DNA of 64,000 bases. Origin: Phoronis australis. Taxonomy: Eukaryota; Animalia; Phoronida. A model generated the notes under the pieces. It was not told the origin of the DNA and made no database searches. It saw only the letters and a list, made by a program, of their open reading frames with translations. A program made the position numbers and the translations under genes. Positions 34,429 to 47,369 of the stretch are shown one piece after another; position 1 is the first letter of the stretch; each line of letters opens with the position of its first letter. Location: positions 110,277 through 174,276 of the forward strand of contig NMRA01000169.1 in the NCBI GenBank assembly GCA_002633005.1. Reading direction: 5' to 3'.

Positions 34429-35794
34429 TGCCTAACATTAACAAATATCACAATATCTGTGAAATGTCTTGGGTTTTAGTCCCCTGTAAGTCAAGATATT
34501 AAATTCTATTGACCATCTTCCGGTTGGGACATATGAACAAAAGAACATCACTTGCAAGGCATGTCACTTCTCTTTTCTTTTGCTGTACTTAAACTATTTT
34601 GTGGCACAAACGATGAAAACGAACAATTTTTTACGACGGGGTTAGATTCATTAATCCGCAGTGTCTAAAATGGACGTGTTACGGCTGACAGCCATCCCTG
34701 ACTCTCAATTCCCAAACAAAAGAAGCTAGTCATGAAGTCCATGCTCTGTCGTTAGTGACTATTGTAAACTGGTAAGCAGCATTCATACTTGCCGGTTGGG
34801 AAGTGAAATGTAGCACTTACAAGTAGTGTTAGCGTGATCAGCTTAGTAGCGAGGGCATTCTTTACAAACCTGTCCATCTAGTGTTATTTTGGCCAGTGTT
34901 TAACCGTATCAATTATGCACACAAAGTGTGAGCATCTGTAATTATTCAAACCTCGATCAGGTAGAACAATTGTGAAATCACTCAACATCGTTCAAAAGGA
35001 CGTCAGAAATTTCATCTAATATCGGTGATGTGTACGTAGTAAACACGCGAAAACAGCTACGCTAGAGCGGAAAACAAAGGCAATCTAGTCCACCCAAGTT
35101 TCACTCCCATTAAATTAAACAAATCGTTTGCGCAAGAGGACAACTTGGCCAGTCTCGAGGGAACTTTTGACTTTTCTATTCATTATACAGGGTCTCAAGA
35201 GCGTTCCATGACTGATTGTTCTCTAAGTCTTCCCAAGCAGGTTGATCAATATCCAATTCCCGTGAACGGGCGGAAAGAAACGCGTCAGTAAATACCGCAG
35301 TCTATTTCAGTGTGGACAAAGTGGTTATTCCCAATCAACGGTTATCGAGAGGTATGTGCAAAACAAGGTTTTCACCATGACAACCCAAGTCTTGTTTTCG
35401 CAAGATCTGAAGCCAATGATCATTGGGACAAAGCCGAGTCATTGTCACGTGAGGTCTGTGCTGAGTGTGCTTCGGTGATTTCTAAGTAATTAATAGCTGT
35501 TTCAGTGATGAAACTTACTCGGTCCGACCTTAGACCGAAGAAGGGATAACTCAAAATCAGCCTAATTTCGGAATCATCTGTTTTACCCCCGATAATTTCA
35601 TGAAGAATCTAAAGACCAAAATTCAGACCGAAGTCAATCTTAGCTAAGACCAAAAGTTATCCAGTTACAACTTTTTTGGTGTAAATGACAAAACATGACT
35701 GCCATCACTGTAAGTTGGTAGGGCTATACTTTGTTGATACTTTTCTGTTGTACAATCTAAAGACCACTCAGATGTGAAATTGTCTTCGATTCGA

Positions 35795-37075
35795 GAACCG
35801 GCAAAGCACCGTAGCGTAAAAACCAGGTTTAAGACTTAAACCTGTTCTTCCTAAAGCTTCTCTAATTTAAAACCTAACTTCCATTTCACCAACGTGAATT
35901 AAAAGTCTGAAAGCCTGGTTTTGTTACATCAGGGAGTGGGTTTAATAAAACCAGGTTTAAAGTATCTAAGCCACCCTTCTGAGTCTATCCAACAAAGAAA
36001 CCATTAAAGTGCTTCAATGAAACCTTGATCATGTCGGTATAAATGGCACACAGTAGTACAATCTGTGCACTATTTGCGGAAAAGGTCTAAAACCTTTTCT
36101 AATGAGGAAAAATGTCCACCGCCCCAGAACTGATTAGAGAAAAAATCAATGTTACAAATCAAGTCGGTGTAAGCAACAGACTTGGAGAGATGTTGGTCCA
36201 GGCCAGAAGGAAAATTTCATCAGTGAAAAAGTTGCTAACAAAAACGGGGAGGGACCCAGTGGAAGATCTAAGATATCATGAGGGGACATGTTTCATTATG
36301 TAACATCTGTGCCCAACACACGTACACACATTAAAGTACATGTTCACGATTACCTGCTACGTGATAAAGGACCAAATTTATTTCCGTGTCATTTTTCTGC
36401 GGACAATGTGGGGGTCAGAACCCTGCTCGGCAACCTTAAATCGGGGACCAATGGAGGTGGAACTCCGTGAGAAGAATCAGAAGATGTCGACTTCAGTAAG
36501 CCCGTAGCACTTACGACGATGACGCCCTACTCGACCAGTCGTATTCTGGAAAATTCGAAGGACACCCTGCAACACGTACTGGTCTATGCATAGGCGGATC
36601 CAGGAGGGTCAAGGGGGTCCGGACCCGGCCTTTTATCCCTTGATATTTGTGATATCAAATCTAGAATTGGCAAACTGTTGACTTGGGGATCCTTTTTAAA
36701 AAAAATCCTTAAACCCCCGTTTAAAAAATCATGGATCCGCCCCTTCTAAGTTTGATCTTGTGTCGTTGTAAAACTAGATATTGAAAATAGTCCATTGTCG
36801 CTCTAAAACTGCGTCATAAATGCACATAGCTGTATCATTCAGTTGCACTTATATCGTGCAAGTCTGCCATATTTAACAGTCTAAAGTTAAACCTGGTTTA
36901 AGATCTTAATACAGGTCGGAATATAGACATCGTCGGTGAAATGAAAATTGATTTAGATCAGGTCTAAACTGGGGATAAACCAGGTTTTACTAGACCAATG
37001 GTCTAACATTTATGAAATGCAGATTATCTTTAAACCTGGTCTAAGTCCAGTTTAAACCTTTATGAAGTCGACTGA
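35795..37075 (+). mobile_element. PIF/Harbinger-type non-autonomous element with Myb/SANT-like protein remnant; boundaries approximate
   Basis: RKRSKTFSNEEK (about 36078) and EKIN..QARRK..KK..KTGRDP (36140-36258) match Harbinger Myb/SANT-like ORFs (RKR..NFS..E, KTGGGP); both ends carry repeated AAACCAGGTTT / AAACCTGGTTT motifs. Confidence 0.65.
36589..36745. mobile_element. Small MITE with GGCGGATCCA..TGGATCCGCC inverted ends, nested in the Harbinger-type element
   Basis: CATAGGCGGATCCAGG at 36589; ATGGATCCGCCCCT at 36731-36744; no clean TSD seen. Confidence 0.7.
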
Positions 37076-38642
37076 TAGAGTGTGACTTGTCTGCACGTCT
37101 GAATTGATATATCCTAACTATGTAACAATGCCTTCTCAAGTATGCCCATTAAGGGTTTGTTTGGTGAACTCTCAACAAGTAGCAAAATTGTAGCCAACTC
37201 TAGCAAAATCAGACGTAATTTCGGTGTAAATTGAGACTGAAAACCGACTTTGTGCTCACAAAACGGTCTCTTCCAAATTTTCGTCTTCAGTCATAACTTA
37301 TCCTTAATTCCAGTTTCAACTTGGACAATTTTAGGCATTTTAAGTCCGAAGTTATTTTTCAGGAGATGCTCCCAAGCCTTGCCCTTTGTGTAGCAAAGTG
37401 TGTTTATTTTAAGTCAAAAAGAAAAGTGTGTGAACTTCTGTTGACAACCAAACGGGTTGAAGCACGACAATACCACTAAGGCCATAGTACCCATAGAGGT
37501 TGATTGGGTATCTACTTTGAGACAGAAATATCGTATCCACAGTGACACACAGCGTCAAAAATTGGATTTAGTGTTCGTCAGGCATAAATGTACTGTCTTT
37601 GGCCCGGACAAGAGCTTCTAAACATATGCATGTGAACTTGAAGTTGTCAGTCGTAACTTGTGTTGAGAAAACTTCACGGGCAAAAATTAAGGTAACATAA
37701 ATATAGCAATTGTATTATTCGTTGGAATTCAACGTTATTTGCTTTAAATAAGATATGTCGATATGGCAAACCGCATTCGAGAAAAAGTGGAAATTTTAAG
37801 GATATGCAAACTTGTATGAAAAGATTATGGCATATTCGTTTACATGATATCATTTCATGCAGAGATCGCATCAGGATGGTGTTCAGACGTGATGGCAATC
37901 AATGCAAAGATTTCTCATTTACAAATAGATCAACTGTTGTGTACGTCGGAGCAAATTTTCTTTAATGCAAGAGCTTTACAGTGCCTTTTACTGGCCGATT
38001 TTGCCTCTTCAGAGTCTCCTCAAAACATGTTCTTGTATAGGCACATCATGTAACAGCTGCCCAATATTCAGTGCAAAACCCAAGACAACATGAAAACACA
38101 AGCGTGTAGTTGTCACATCCCCCTATACGTTTTTGTGCTACATATAGTTGTTTTAGCTTAACAGCGTCCGGGTTTGAAAGCGGAAATTGTAAACGAAACC
38201 CGTTAATGGTAAATTTGTGAGGCACATGCTACAGTAACTATATAAATAATGTTAATGCAGTATTAAAAGGATTGCATTTTCAAAGTGCGAAAAGTAGAAT
38301 TTAAGCAAATAACGTTATCAACCAATCGACAATCAGAATGAAAAAGTCGACAAATTGCCGCGAACATCACTTAAGAATCATATGTTGCCAAGATACGACA
38401 TTTCAAGAATTTACGCAGTTTTGATAAAAGGTTATCGCGAAAGACAAACAAGCAAATGGGTTTAATGGACAGGTTCTAAAACCAGAGTACATGGTGATTT
38501 CGATTGGTTTTGTGATGTGAGTGGAATTAGACCAATTATTTAATGCAAGGGGCAAACAGAACGTGATATGGCTCAACTGAAATATATATTAGCCCGAAGG
38601 AAGGCTGTAAACTTTGTAACGTTTTTACCATTCTGCACTTGA

Positions 38643-38810
38643 TGGGGTCACGTGACCATGTCTTTTTATTGAAATTTAGGAAAACGAAAGATAAATTGAT
38701 AACAAAACAATAGTACTAATAGCATGATCGAATTTCATTTAAATAAACTTCAAGACGAAATCAAAATCGCTGTTACAAATTTTCAAAATTGTCGATTTGT
38801 TTTCGTTTTA
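38643..38810 (+). repeat. Interspersed repeat, related copy at about 54113-54250
   Basis: GGGTCACGTG..CAT.TCTT..ATT..AATTTAGGAAAA.. and TCAAAA...CTGTTACA shared between the two loci. Confidence 0.55.
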
Positions 38811-41800
38811 TGGAGCTGTTAAATTTTAACACTCTCCACCTGCACTCACTTCATAACATACAAACTTTTTACGACGCGTAAAAATCTGTGCACTTAAAAT
38901 ATGGCAATTAACAGTCTGGCTCCCCAAGCAGCTTCGGACACTTACCTGAATTAAAAAACGTGAAAACTCGGGTATTGGCCTTGCGTTTTTTTGCTTTTTT
39001 TCGTGATTGTGGTGTGCTTAAACCATTTAAAAGTTCGTCGTCCGGTGTCCAATAATAACTCTGTGAACATCTCGCGTGATGTGCTTAAACCACTTAGACG
39101 TTCGTCATTTGTTATTCAATAATAACTATACGCACTTCTCATGCAAATTAAACATTCATTAGTCCAATTTTTTCCGGTGCGTCATCGCCGTTTCTGTAAC
39201 GGTCGCTCATAACACAAGGCATATGTTAACTCAGTGACCTCGGCCACTGCTTGTATTCTGGCTTTAAAAATTAATGAAGTACTTGTTGGATCTTAGTTCT
39301 AGCCAGCGTCCATGGAAAGACGTGTTTGGCTTTGACTGACTGCTACTACTGTTAAGAGTTTGTTGTGCGGTAAACATGTCGTTTTAGTATTATTTAGCAA
39401 AAACAATGGTATCACAGACATTGACAAATTCCAGTGGTATAAATGTTAAAGCACCGGTTCCATGCCAAAAACACCAGAAATACAAACCCAACAGTCGACC
39501 AGCTGTCACATGAGAACACTCGCTATCTGTCGAATGTTAATTAGCTAATCTTGAGATACGAGCATTTATTGGTCGAAACGTAGATCGTAAAATCGGGACA
39601 ACAAATCACAGCACTGTGGTCATGATACTCCATTGTGTTTAATGTGAATTGTCGTCACATATAGCTGCTCGTTTTCCCCTAATTCATGGAATGTCGAGGT
39701 GATGCGCTTGTGGTGGTTGTGACAACTGAGTGTTTGACCACGCTGCGACTGTTTTTATTTTCCCACCGGACATCGGATAAGCGCAGATAGGGCACAAGTT
39801 TGTACAAGAAACTTGCACGTTGGTAGACATGACAAACTGGCGCTGTGTACGTTCATATATCACACTCATATCCATGGAGCTAAGAAACTTTCAAGGGAAC
39901 TCGTTTTTCTTCTATTTTGTCTTTTTGGGATATTGAATTCACGAATTTGATACGCAGTGCTATAAAGGAATGTTTATTGATACTGGCAACTTATCAAAAC
40001 AAGCACTTAAAGGATGAAATTTCAAAAACGACGCAGCAATTTTCGTAATTATCATTACATTTTCGTCTTACTTTTGAGTTTTCCAATAAAAATCAACAAA
40101 ATAATTTAATAGCCCCCAAAACTAAACTGGGATATTTTCATATTTTTTGAGGTTTCAGTTAGCTAACATTAAATGAATACCACAAAATCTAACTAAATAA
40201 GCACTTTCTATGCCAAATGATCGCATTTTTCAATTTTGAAGAAAATTAGTTATTTCCAAGTTTCCCGCCCGCAATGGCAGAACACAGCAGATCATAAGAC
40301 GAGGACGGTTTTGAGCGAACACTAGACAACAATGCAAAATAGACAATTAATAATCACTGACACAGGCCACAGTAAATCTGGGTGACTCGTATTCACTACT
40401 GTCATGACGGAATGAGCACGGTCTAAACACAATGCATGAGCCTACATGTACGTGTTGTAGCACTCGATCTGGGCCAGAGATGAGGGCCTGGCATCACTCG
40501 TCTTAAAATGGAAGCAGTTTGTTCGTTATTTATTACATTTGCAAATTCACTTACACAAGGTGGCGAGTTGTTTGTGTTTGGTAGAAACGCGATTCCTTGA
40601 AGTGTTCCGAACTAACGGTGGATCCCGACCGAGTCACGTGTTCCACACTGACATTCCACACTCTCTGCCATTTCTATGCAACTTTCATGTCTTTAGGAAA
40701 TTATAATACATAGACGTTCATAGTCAAATTGCTGTTACTTCAGCCTCCACAAACGCACCTTTTCATGTCTGAAAAGGCGGTTCTCCGTCCGCGGACTTTC
40801 CTCACATCTCCTGGTAAAAACAGTAATGGCAGAGACGGTCTTCCACCAATTACATACAACCCCGTTAACAGAACATTTTTTTCTTTTTTAATTTTTGGCT
40901 TGCTTCTTAGCAACAGGTATAATAAAGGCTATTAAATTTCTCAATATGCGTTAATAGAATTGTTTTTGAGACACAGGGTCATGATGGGAACTCTTTAAAA
41001 ACAATTCCTAACAGCGTTATATAGACCAGTGCATGAAACAAGGTATCTGTAATGAATATGAATACGATGAGCCATATCTGAAGTGTGATTTTCCAAATTT
41101 TACCAAATTTGAATTTAAGTCCTAGATATCCTAATACGGCCTTTAAAACCAATGAAAATCGGAGGCGTTCCAGTAAGCATCTGTAGTACCCAGTTTTACT
41201 CAACGAGTGGTTTGCGCTATAGCACGAATACCGGTTATCTCAAAATTGTAAATTGGAAAGAAGCTATTAATTCAATAGTTTGAGTCGTACAACACACAGT
41301 AACTGATGGAACGCCCTTTGCGCCACTCCGCGACAAGTCCGCCAGGGGGCGCGTCTGTCACGCTGAGACTAATCAGTATGCGGGGGCACAAACCAATTTG
41401 ACTTCTCCAACCAACCCCTTTGCTATCGCCATCTAACTTGCTAACCCCCCTCCCCCACCCGTTCTCTGGATGTCACCATATTTATACAGAGCCCCCCACC
41501 CACGTCCGCTTTAGGTGGGGGTATAATACCGGGGATGCAGCCATAAGGATTTGAGTGACCGTGAACCAACAAAGTTTCACGGAGAGTAAGAATGGGTCTA
41601 GGGCCAGCATACTCACCGGTAGCTGGAAGTTGCCTGACTGAGTAACTATAGCTGGGCTCCAACAGTGTATTCACTCTCCTCTGCTCTGGGTCGAAGGTTA
41701 AGGTTTGTTTTATGATCCAGTTTCGGGAAAACTTCATTTTATTATGGCCGGTTTTTGAAATAATTTTTGGAAAGGTGAAGTCCCGAGGTGACTGGTATGA

Positions 41801-42439
41801 ATGCTTTTGTGGCCGTTTCAGAATCCCTAGATGAAACACAGCCGGTAGTCCAGTTTCGGGTTGCTGGGGGAAATAATACAGAGTGCGTCCCAAAATGTAC
41901 AAATTTCAACGTCTGGAGTTCAAATTGAGCTCCCATGGGTAACTTATATTCTACGCAGGACTACTGCATGGTTACACCTTATTTTCAACGTGGGTGTTCC
42001 AGTTACTACATGTTCCGTGCATGAGCGCACCCAGGGGGGCTCGGGTTGCTAAAACGAGCCCCCATTTGGAAAAGTGGGCAAAATGGCCTGCTTCAAAGAA
42101 ACAAAATGTCCGAGAAAAACGACACAAAAGTCCACTAAAAAGGCAGGAATTCGGCGTATACACAATTCATAGCCCTGAACGAACCCCATATTCCGTTTTT
42201 TTTCTTTTCTTCAGTGAAAGATCCACATCCTCAAAAATGTTAAGCTGGTTGGGGGCATGCCGTGTGTGTAGTATGCACGGAAAATGCAAGCAAACGATTC
42301 AGTTTTGAAGAACAAAAATTCATTGTTCCATACTATTGGAAACTAAAAACATCGTAGAACTGCAAAGAGAATCTTTCCAAGTTGATGACAAATGAGTTAG
42401 ATTTTATTTATTTAAGTACTTAAACGTCTTTTTCGATCT

Positions 42440-43150
42440 ACGTTTGTAAACTTGAACCCAGTAATCTAGTTCCTAAGCCAATAAACAATTTATTGTCATT
42501 TGAAATGTGAGAGGATTTTGGGACACTTTGTAGAGTTGTCCGAAATTCAATTTCCTTGAGACTTATTTCAGATAGACAAAAATCGTTTAGCGTACTTTTA
42601 TATTTGGGGATCTCCCTGATGATAGATCAAATTTTCCCGGTGTCTGCTTGCAACTAAGTTCAATGAAGCATTTTCATCTCTACAAGATGAGCTTGGGATT
42701 GTCAAAAAAATCATCTGTCAATCAGTTTACTTTCATGGATACATAAACATGTAAATCAGAAACAACAATCAAATCCATGAGCAATGCGTTTACATTGATT
42801 TAATGACTTAATTCTCTTTTGATCCCCTGTTAATGAGTTTAAACAACAAAACTTGTACCGAAGTCAAAAAGTAATGTATTTATTGTCATTTGAATTGTAA
42901 GTAAAGTTTTGGGAAGTTTCCAAATTTCATCAATGTCTTTGAGTATTATTTTAGATAAGCAAAAAGCGTCCAGGTGCACTTTACTATTTGGGGATCTAAT
43001 TATAGAGTTTTTTTCCATATCCAGGCTTCAACTAAATTCCCTCAATCGTCATCATTTCTTAAAAGATTAGACTCTAATTGCTAAAAATCATCTATTAACC
43101 TGTCGGTTTTCGTAGATACATAAGCATGTAAATCATAAACCAACGAAATT
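42440..43150. repeat. Diverged tandem duplication, about 390-bp period
   Basis: ATTTATTGTCATTTGAA at 42488 and 42878; TATTTGGGGATCT near 42601 and 42985; GATACATAA.CATGTAAATCA near 42738 and 43115. Confidence 0.75.
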
Positions 43151-43907
43151 GTTAATCAAAACGGAAATCAATGTTATAAGCAATATCCGCATCCTTGCTC
43201 GCAGATTCTTGGCGGGTAACCCGGGGATAATAGAAGATTGGGCATTCATAGTGAGGTGTATTTTTGCACATTACCGAGGTAGCTCTCACGGTTCAAGAGT
43301 TAAAATTGACTCCCCCCAAAAAGTTGAAATATTTGTTCATTATTGGGAGTATTTGAGTACACTCGTTCACTTCAATTGTAGCCTCGACAGCATTGTTTTC
43401 CACATGGAAGTCCTTGCAAACAACTCATAGTAACCACTTTCAAAAGAGATATTATTCTTGTGATACTATGGGAAACAGTAACATTATTTTACAATTACAT
43501 TATTTTTGGCCATAGTACGATTAGAAAACGGACAATGTATCACGCTCATTTCACCACGTGGATTTGGAATGGTAATACACTTGCTGTCTTACTGTACAGA
43601 TCCTGATGATGTCTTATGAAAAGACGTTGAGTTAACATGAACATTTTTATTTGTGCGGCGATTGTCCTTTTATCTAATTATTCTATAAATAACCATCGGA
43701 AATAATCCTTTTGTGTAATTAACAAATAGCGGTCTTCACTTTCTTCAAAATTCCACCCTTTCGATGGTGGTCAATCCTATTGCATTTTTTCACATTTTTG
43801 GTTGTTTGTATCGAATGCCTTGATCCTGCTGTGCTGTGCACGAATGTTGGTGTTTTTTTATGAATTTGGAATCTCAACTTCGCTCGTCGAGAATACTTGG
43901 CAGTGGC

Positions 43908-44061
43908 CATGAGCGGCGCACCAAACGGGGCTGGGTGGCTATAGCCCCAGTGATGGGCCGCCCATGGTCTATGGGCGGTGCATCACAGGGAGCTTTGGGG
44001 CTTGAACGCCACCCTCCTTCCCCCACACACGCACACTTTTTTCAGCGCTGCGCCTCCCATT
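43908..44061. mobile_element. MITE of the same family as 20314-20447
   Basis: CATGAGCGGCGCAC..GGGGCTGGG.GG.TATAGCCCC..CATGGTCTAT.GGCGGTGC..TTCAGCGCTGCGCCTCCCAT; flanks GTGGC / GTGTC (5-bp TSD, one mismatch). Confidence 0.75.
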
Positions 44062-46184
44062 GTGTCCGATTTACATGTATAGAGGGACAAAGGGACATTT
44101 CCCCGAACTGCTCCACCTTAATTATGAAAGGCTAAATATCTTTAAGCTTGGAAAAGAGTTCTACTGTCGTGTGGTCACAAGACGGTGCAGGAAGTGACCC
44201 TCTTTAACATGAAAGTCAGTTGCACGATTTCACAAAAAACAGGAAACTAGACGTAATCGAGTCCAACTTTTGGTTTTCTCCGTGAGTGGACCCTTAAGAA
44301 TTTGTAAATAAAAACAAAAAAGGATGGCCACTTGAATGTCATCAATGGCCTCCTTCAAGGGTGGGGCCCCTCAATATGAAATTGTCAATATTTTGAAAAA
44401 TCAAGAAATGTGCAGCAATTGATGATATCTGTCAGGGCATCAAGTGATACACAATTTGAGAAAAAAGCGACTGCTGTTTCAGTTATTCCTTGCCTGAGAG
44501 GGGCCTCTGGAAAAATATGATTTTGCAGTCGCAAAATTTTGACTTATTGAATTTAATAATCAAGCAAATTAACACGCTCCGCAAAAGCTTCGCTTTACAA
44601 ATTTTTCGATTTTTCGAAATATAATGCATGAACCTGTTGGTTTTCAAGTGCGTTTAGACGACCTGTGCTGCGAAAGCGTAGACCCCAACAACAATGTCCT
44701 GGCCAAGGTTCCCAAAGGTAATGCACTGATACACAGTTGTTAAGTTTTTCTCTTGATTTTTGTCTCTAATCCGCATTTAGCAGTCTTTCTTTTCTCGACT
44801 GTCCCCGCCCCACGCGTATGTCGGTTGCCACGGTTGAACCCTGACGCCTGAAAATTTTTGAAGGGCCGTGCCTCCCCCCCCCCCACTTCCTACACCGCTG
44901 GAGATGTTAATTCAGAGACTTGAGTAGGACTTTAAAGATACAGTTTAACCAGTAGGCTTTTCTGTTACAACAATCAGTTAATAGCAACCAATCTAACTCG
45001 GCACCCGAAAACACCCGAGTTTTCATAAAACATGCCTCTCAGTCACCTGCCTTGCGGCAACAATTTTTGCCCGTCTGGCCACAAGTAGTAATGTTAACTC
45101 TCCGATAAAGTTGATTTACTGTACCCGTAAACTGGTCGCCTATTGGTCAGTTTGTATGTAGCGTAATTCATGATACATTTGGCTATGGTAGCAATGAAAA
45201 GTTAGGCTGAAGCCCCGGCGGCCAATTTGTGCTCCCAAAAAATAAACCCTAAGGGTAGGCCAAGTTTGGGGAAAGTTTTGAGGTAGCTATGCCTTGGTGA
45301 GACATTGATGGACTTGAACCAATTGCGGGACCTATAAACTAAGAGGTGAGATGTGATATATGGTTAATTACATTAAATCTCGCACCCGTTACACACCTGT
45401 CGAAGCCGACTTCTAAATTTTATCCTTAAACCCTGTTTGGCGGTCCGTGTACCGTGTTTGTAAAGGTACGTGATTATACAGTGTAAGTCCTTGACCGTGT
45501 GTTGTGGGTGAAAGGGTCGTGTTTTGCGAGTCCTATCCCGTGTATGTGAGTCAATGAACGGTGTTTGCATGTGCCCGACCCCGTGTTTAGCAGTCCGTTA
45601 ATCGTGTAGTTTAAGTATCTTGGAAAGACTTGAAGTACAGGAGGAACAAGGGAGCAGGTTAGGGAAGGAGGGGAGGAGCGAGCAAGTATACGGGAGGGAG
45701 GGGGACAGAGACGGTCCAAGGGAAGGAGAGAGAGGCATTGTCAAGTAAAGGACCAGTTATCCATTTAAATACAGGCTGGTCAAGTATTTCATGAGCTTGC
45801 AGATAAAGGACTGGCACCTTGAGTAATGATCCATTTCAAAGAACATTTACTAGGTCAAGAAGCCTGCAAATACACTCACGAAATGTCTCAGATGTGGGCA
45901 AGATGTTACTTTTGAACCTTGTAGAGATGTCAACGAAATTGTTTTGCACTTGTCCGAACTAGAATTCATCTGTATTGTCTTGGTCATAAACATAAGACTT
46001 TTACTGTTGCACTAATTGATATGAAATTATTGGGTATAAGCCTAGAAACAAAGGGTATAAACCAATCAAGAGTTATAAGATGTTGTGATAGTGTGTTGTG
46101 TGTCTGAAAGTGTTTTGCACGGTTTTGTGGGGATTTATTGCAACGTTTGTAGAGCGTACCGTCGCAGCAGTGAAGTCTAGAATG

Positions 46185-46857
46185 ACTGGGTCTATAGCCA
46201 TTGACATCTTCCATCGTCAGCAGTTTAGTTATTCTGCCATACCCGTCAATTTGTTTCATCATGAAGCTTACTATGACGTCATACACTTACGCAACCTGAG
46301 GATAATCGGTACTTAATACTGCCAAAGAGTACACCACATTCCAACCTATAAGCTGGCTTCCAAAACGTTTGCTCCGAGTTCCAGTAATTTGGAACCTACC
46401 TCACCATATCCTCGGATAGCTGCCAACTGAAACGCATGAGGCCTGTCAATACCGGAGATGGTGTCGTTTTGTTCTTGGTGAAATTTCGCATACAGTGTAC
46501 TTACGAAGCTGGCCTTCATAGACACACCCGTTCATCGAATCATACATATCCTTGGCATCTTCGAACCAAAACTGACCGCGAATCCCTTTGTCTCGTTCGT
46601 CATGAAGTACCTTTACGAGAATTTCTATTCCCAAATTTCCTTCTGCAAGTGCTGCATCCCCAAAACCATACGTTCAGAGAGGGAGACAATTTTCATCGTT
46701 CAACTGGCAATGCTGGTACTGCTATGCTGATTTCCATTCCTGCGGCAAAGTTGTCGAAGTTAGGACTTCGTTTCTAATTGTCTTTTCCTTCTAAGTAGAT
46801 ATGCTGAACACGTGTCAGTGACTGTTCTTCACGTGGCGAGGACCCACGGATAGTCAT
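46185..46857 (-). pseudogene. Truncated, frameshifted TRPV-like paralogue (B-type; closest to the 61085-63091 gene), N-terminal third only
   Basis: RSPNFDNFAAGMEISIA, QLNDENCL, IRGQFWFEDAKDMYDSMNGCVYEGQL, FQLAAI, YDVIVSFMMKQIDGYGRITKLLTMEDVNGYRP align to the intact gene; stops and frameshifts; homology ends after YRP; acceptor CTGCAG retained at 46945-46950. Confidence 0.9.
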
Positions 46858-47290
46858 GGATTCTCCTTCGTTTTATAGACATTCAGGCGCTGGTCCTCAG
46901 GTCTCAGTTCCACTGGCTAGACGATTAACGTGTTTTACCGATATCTGCAGCAGGTAGGGTATTAAAATGTCACAGAAAGCATTTCATGCTGCCATTGCAA
47001 AAACAGAGCGATCCCAAATAATGCCAAAGCTTCAGTTATTAACAACTAAATCCATACAAAGGTTTACAAGAATAGAATACGGGAAAATATGCAGCTGCCT
47101 TATACAGTGAGAGTTCTCACAAAATAACTAGACGCTTGCTGAATACCAATGTTGCCGAAGGATGCTTTTCTACAAGAGTGTTGCAAGTGTAATCCCTCGG
47201 TGATTAACTTGATGTGTTGTGATCGTATTGTTAGAAGTTGCATTGAAATATATCATACCTGATAACTATCAGATGATCATGGTGACGGTA

Positions 47291-47361
<71 letters not shown>

Positions 47362-47369
47362 AATGATGA
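47291..47369. repeat. (ATG)n microsatellite
   Basis: Directly visible; causes the poly-Met / poly-His ORFs. Confidence 0.97.
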
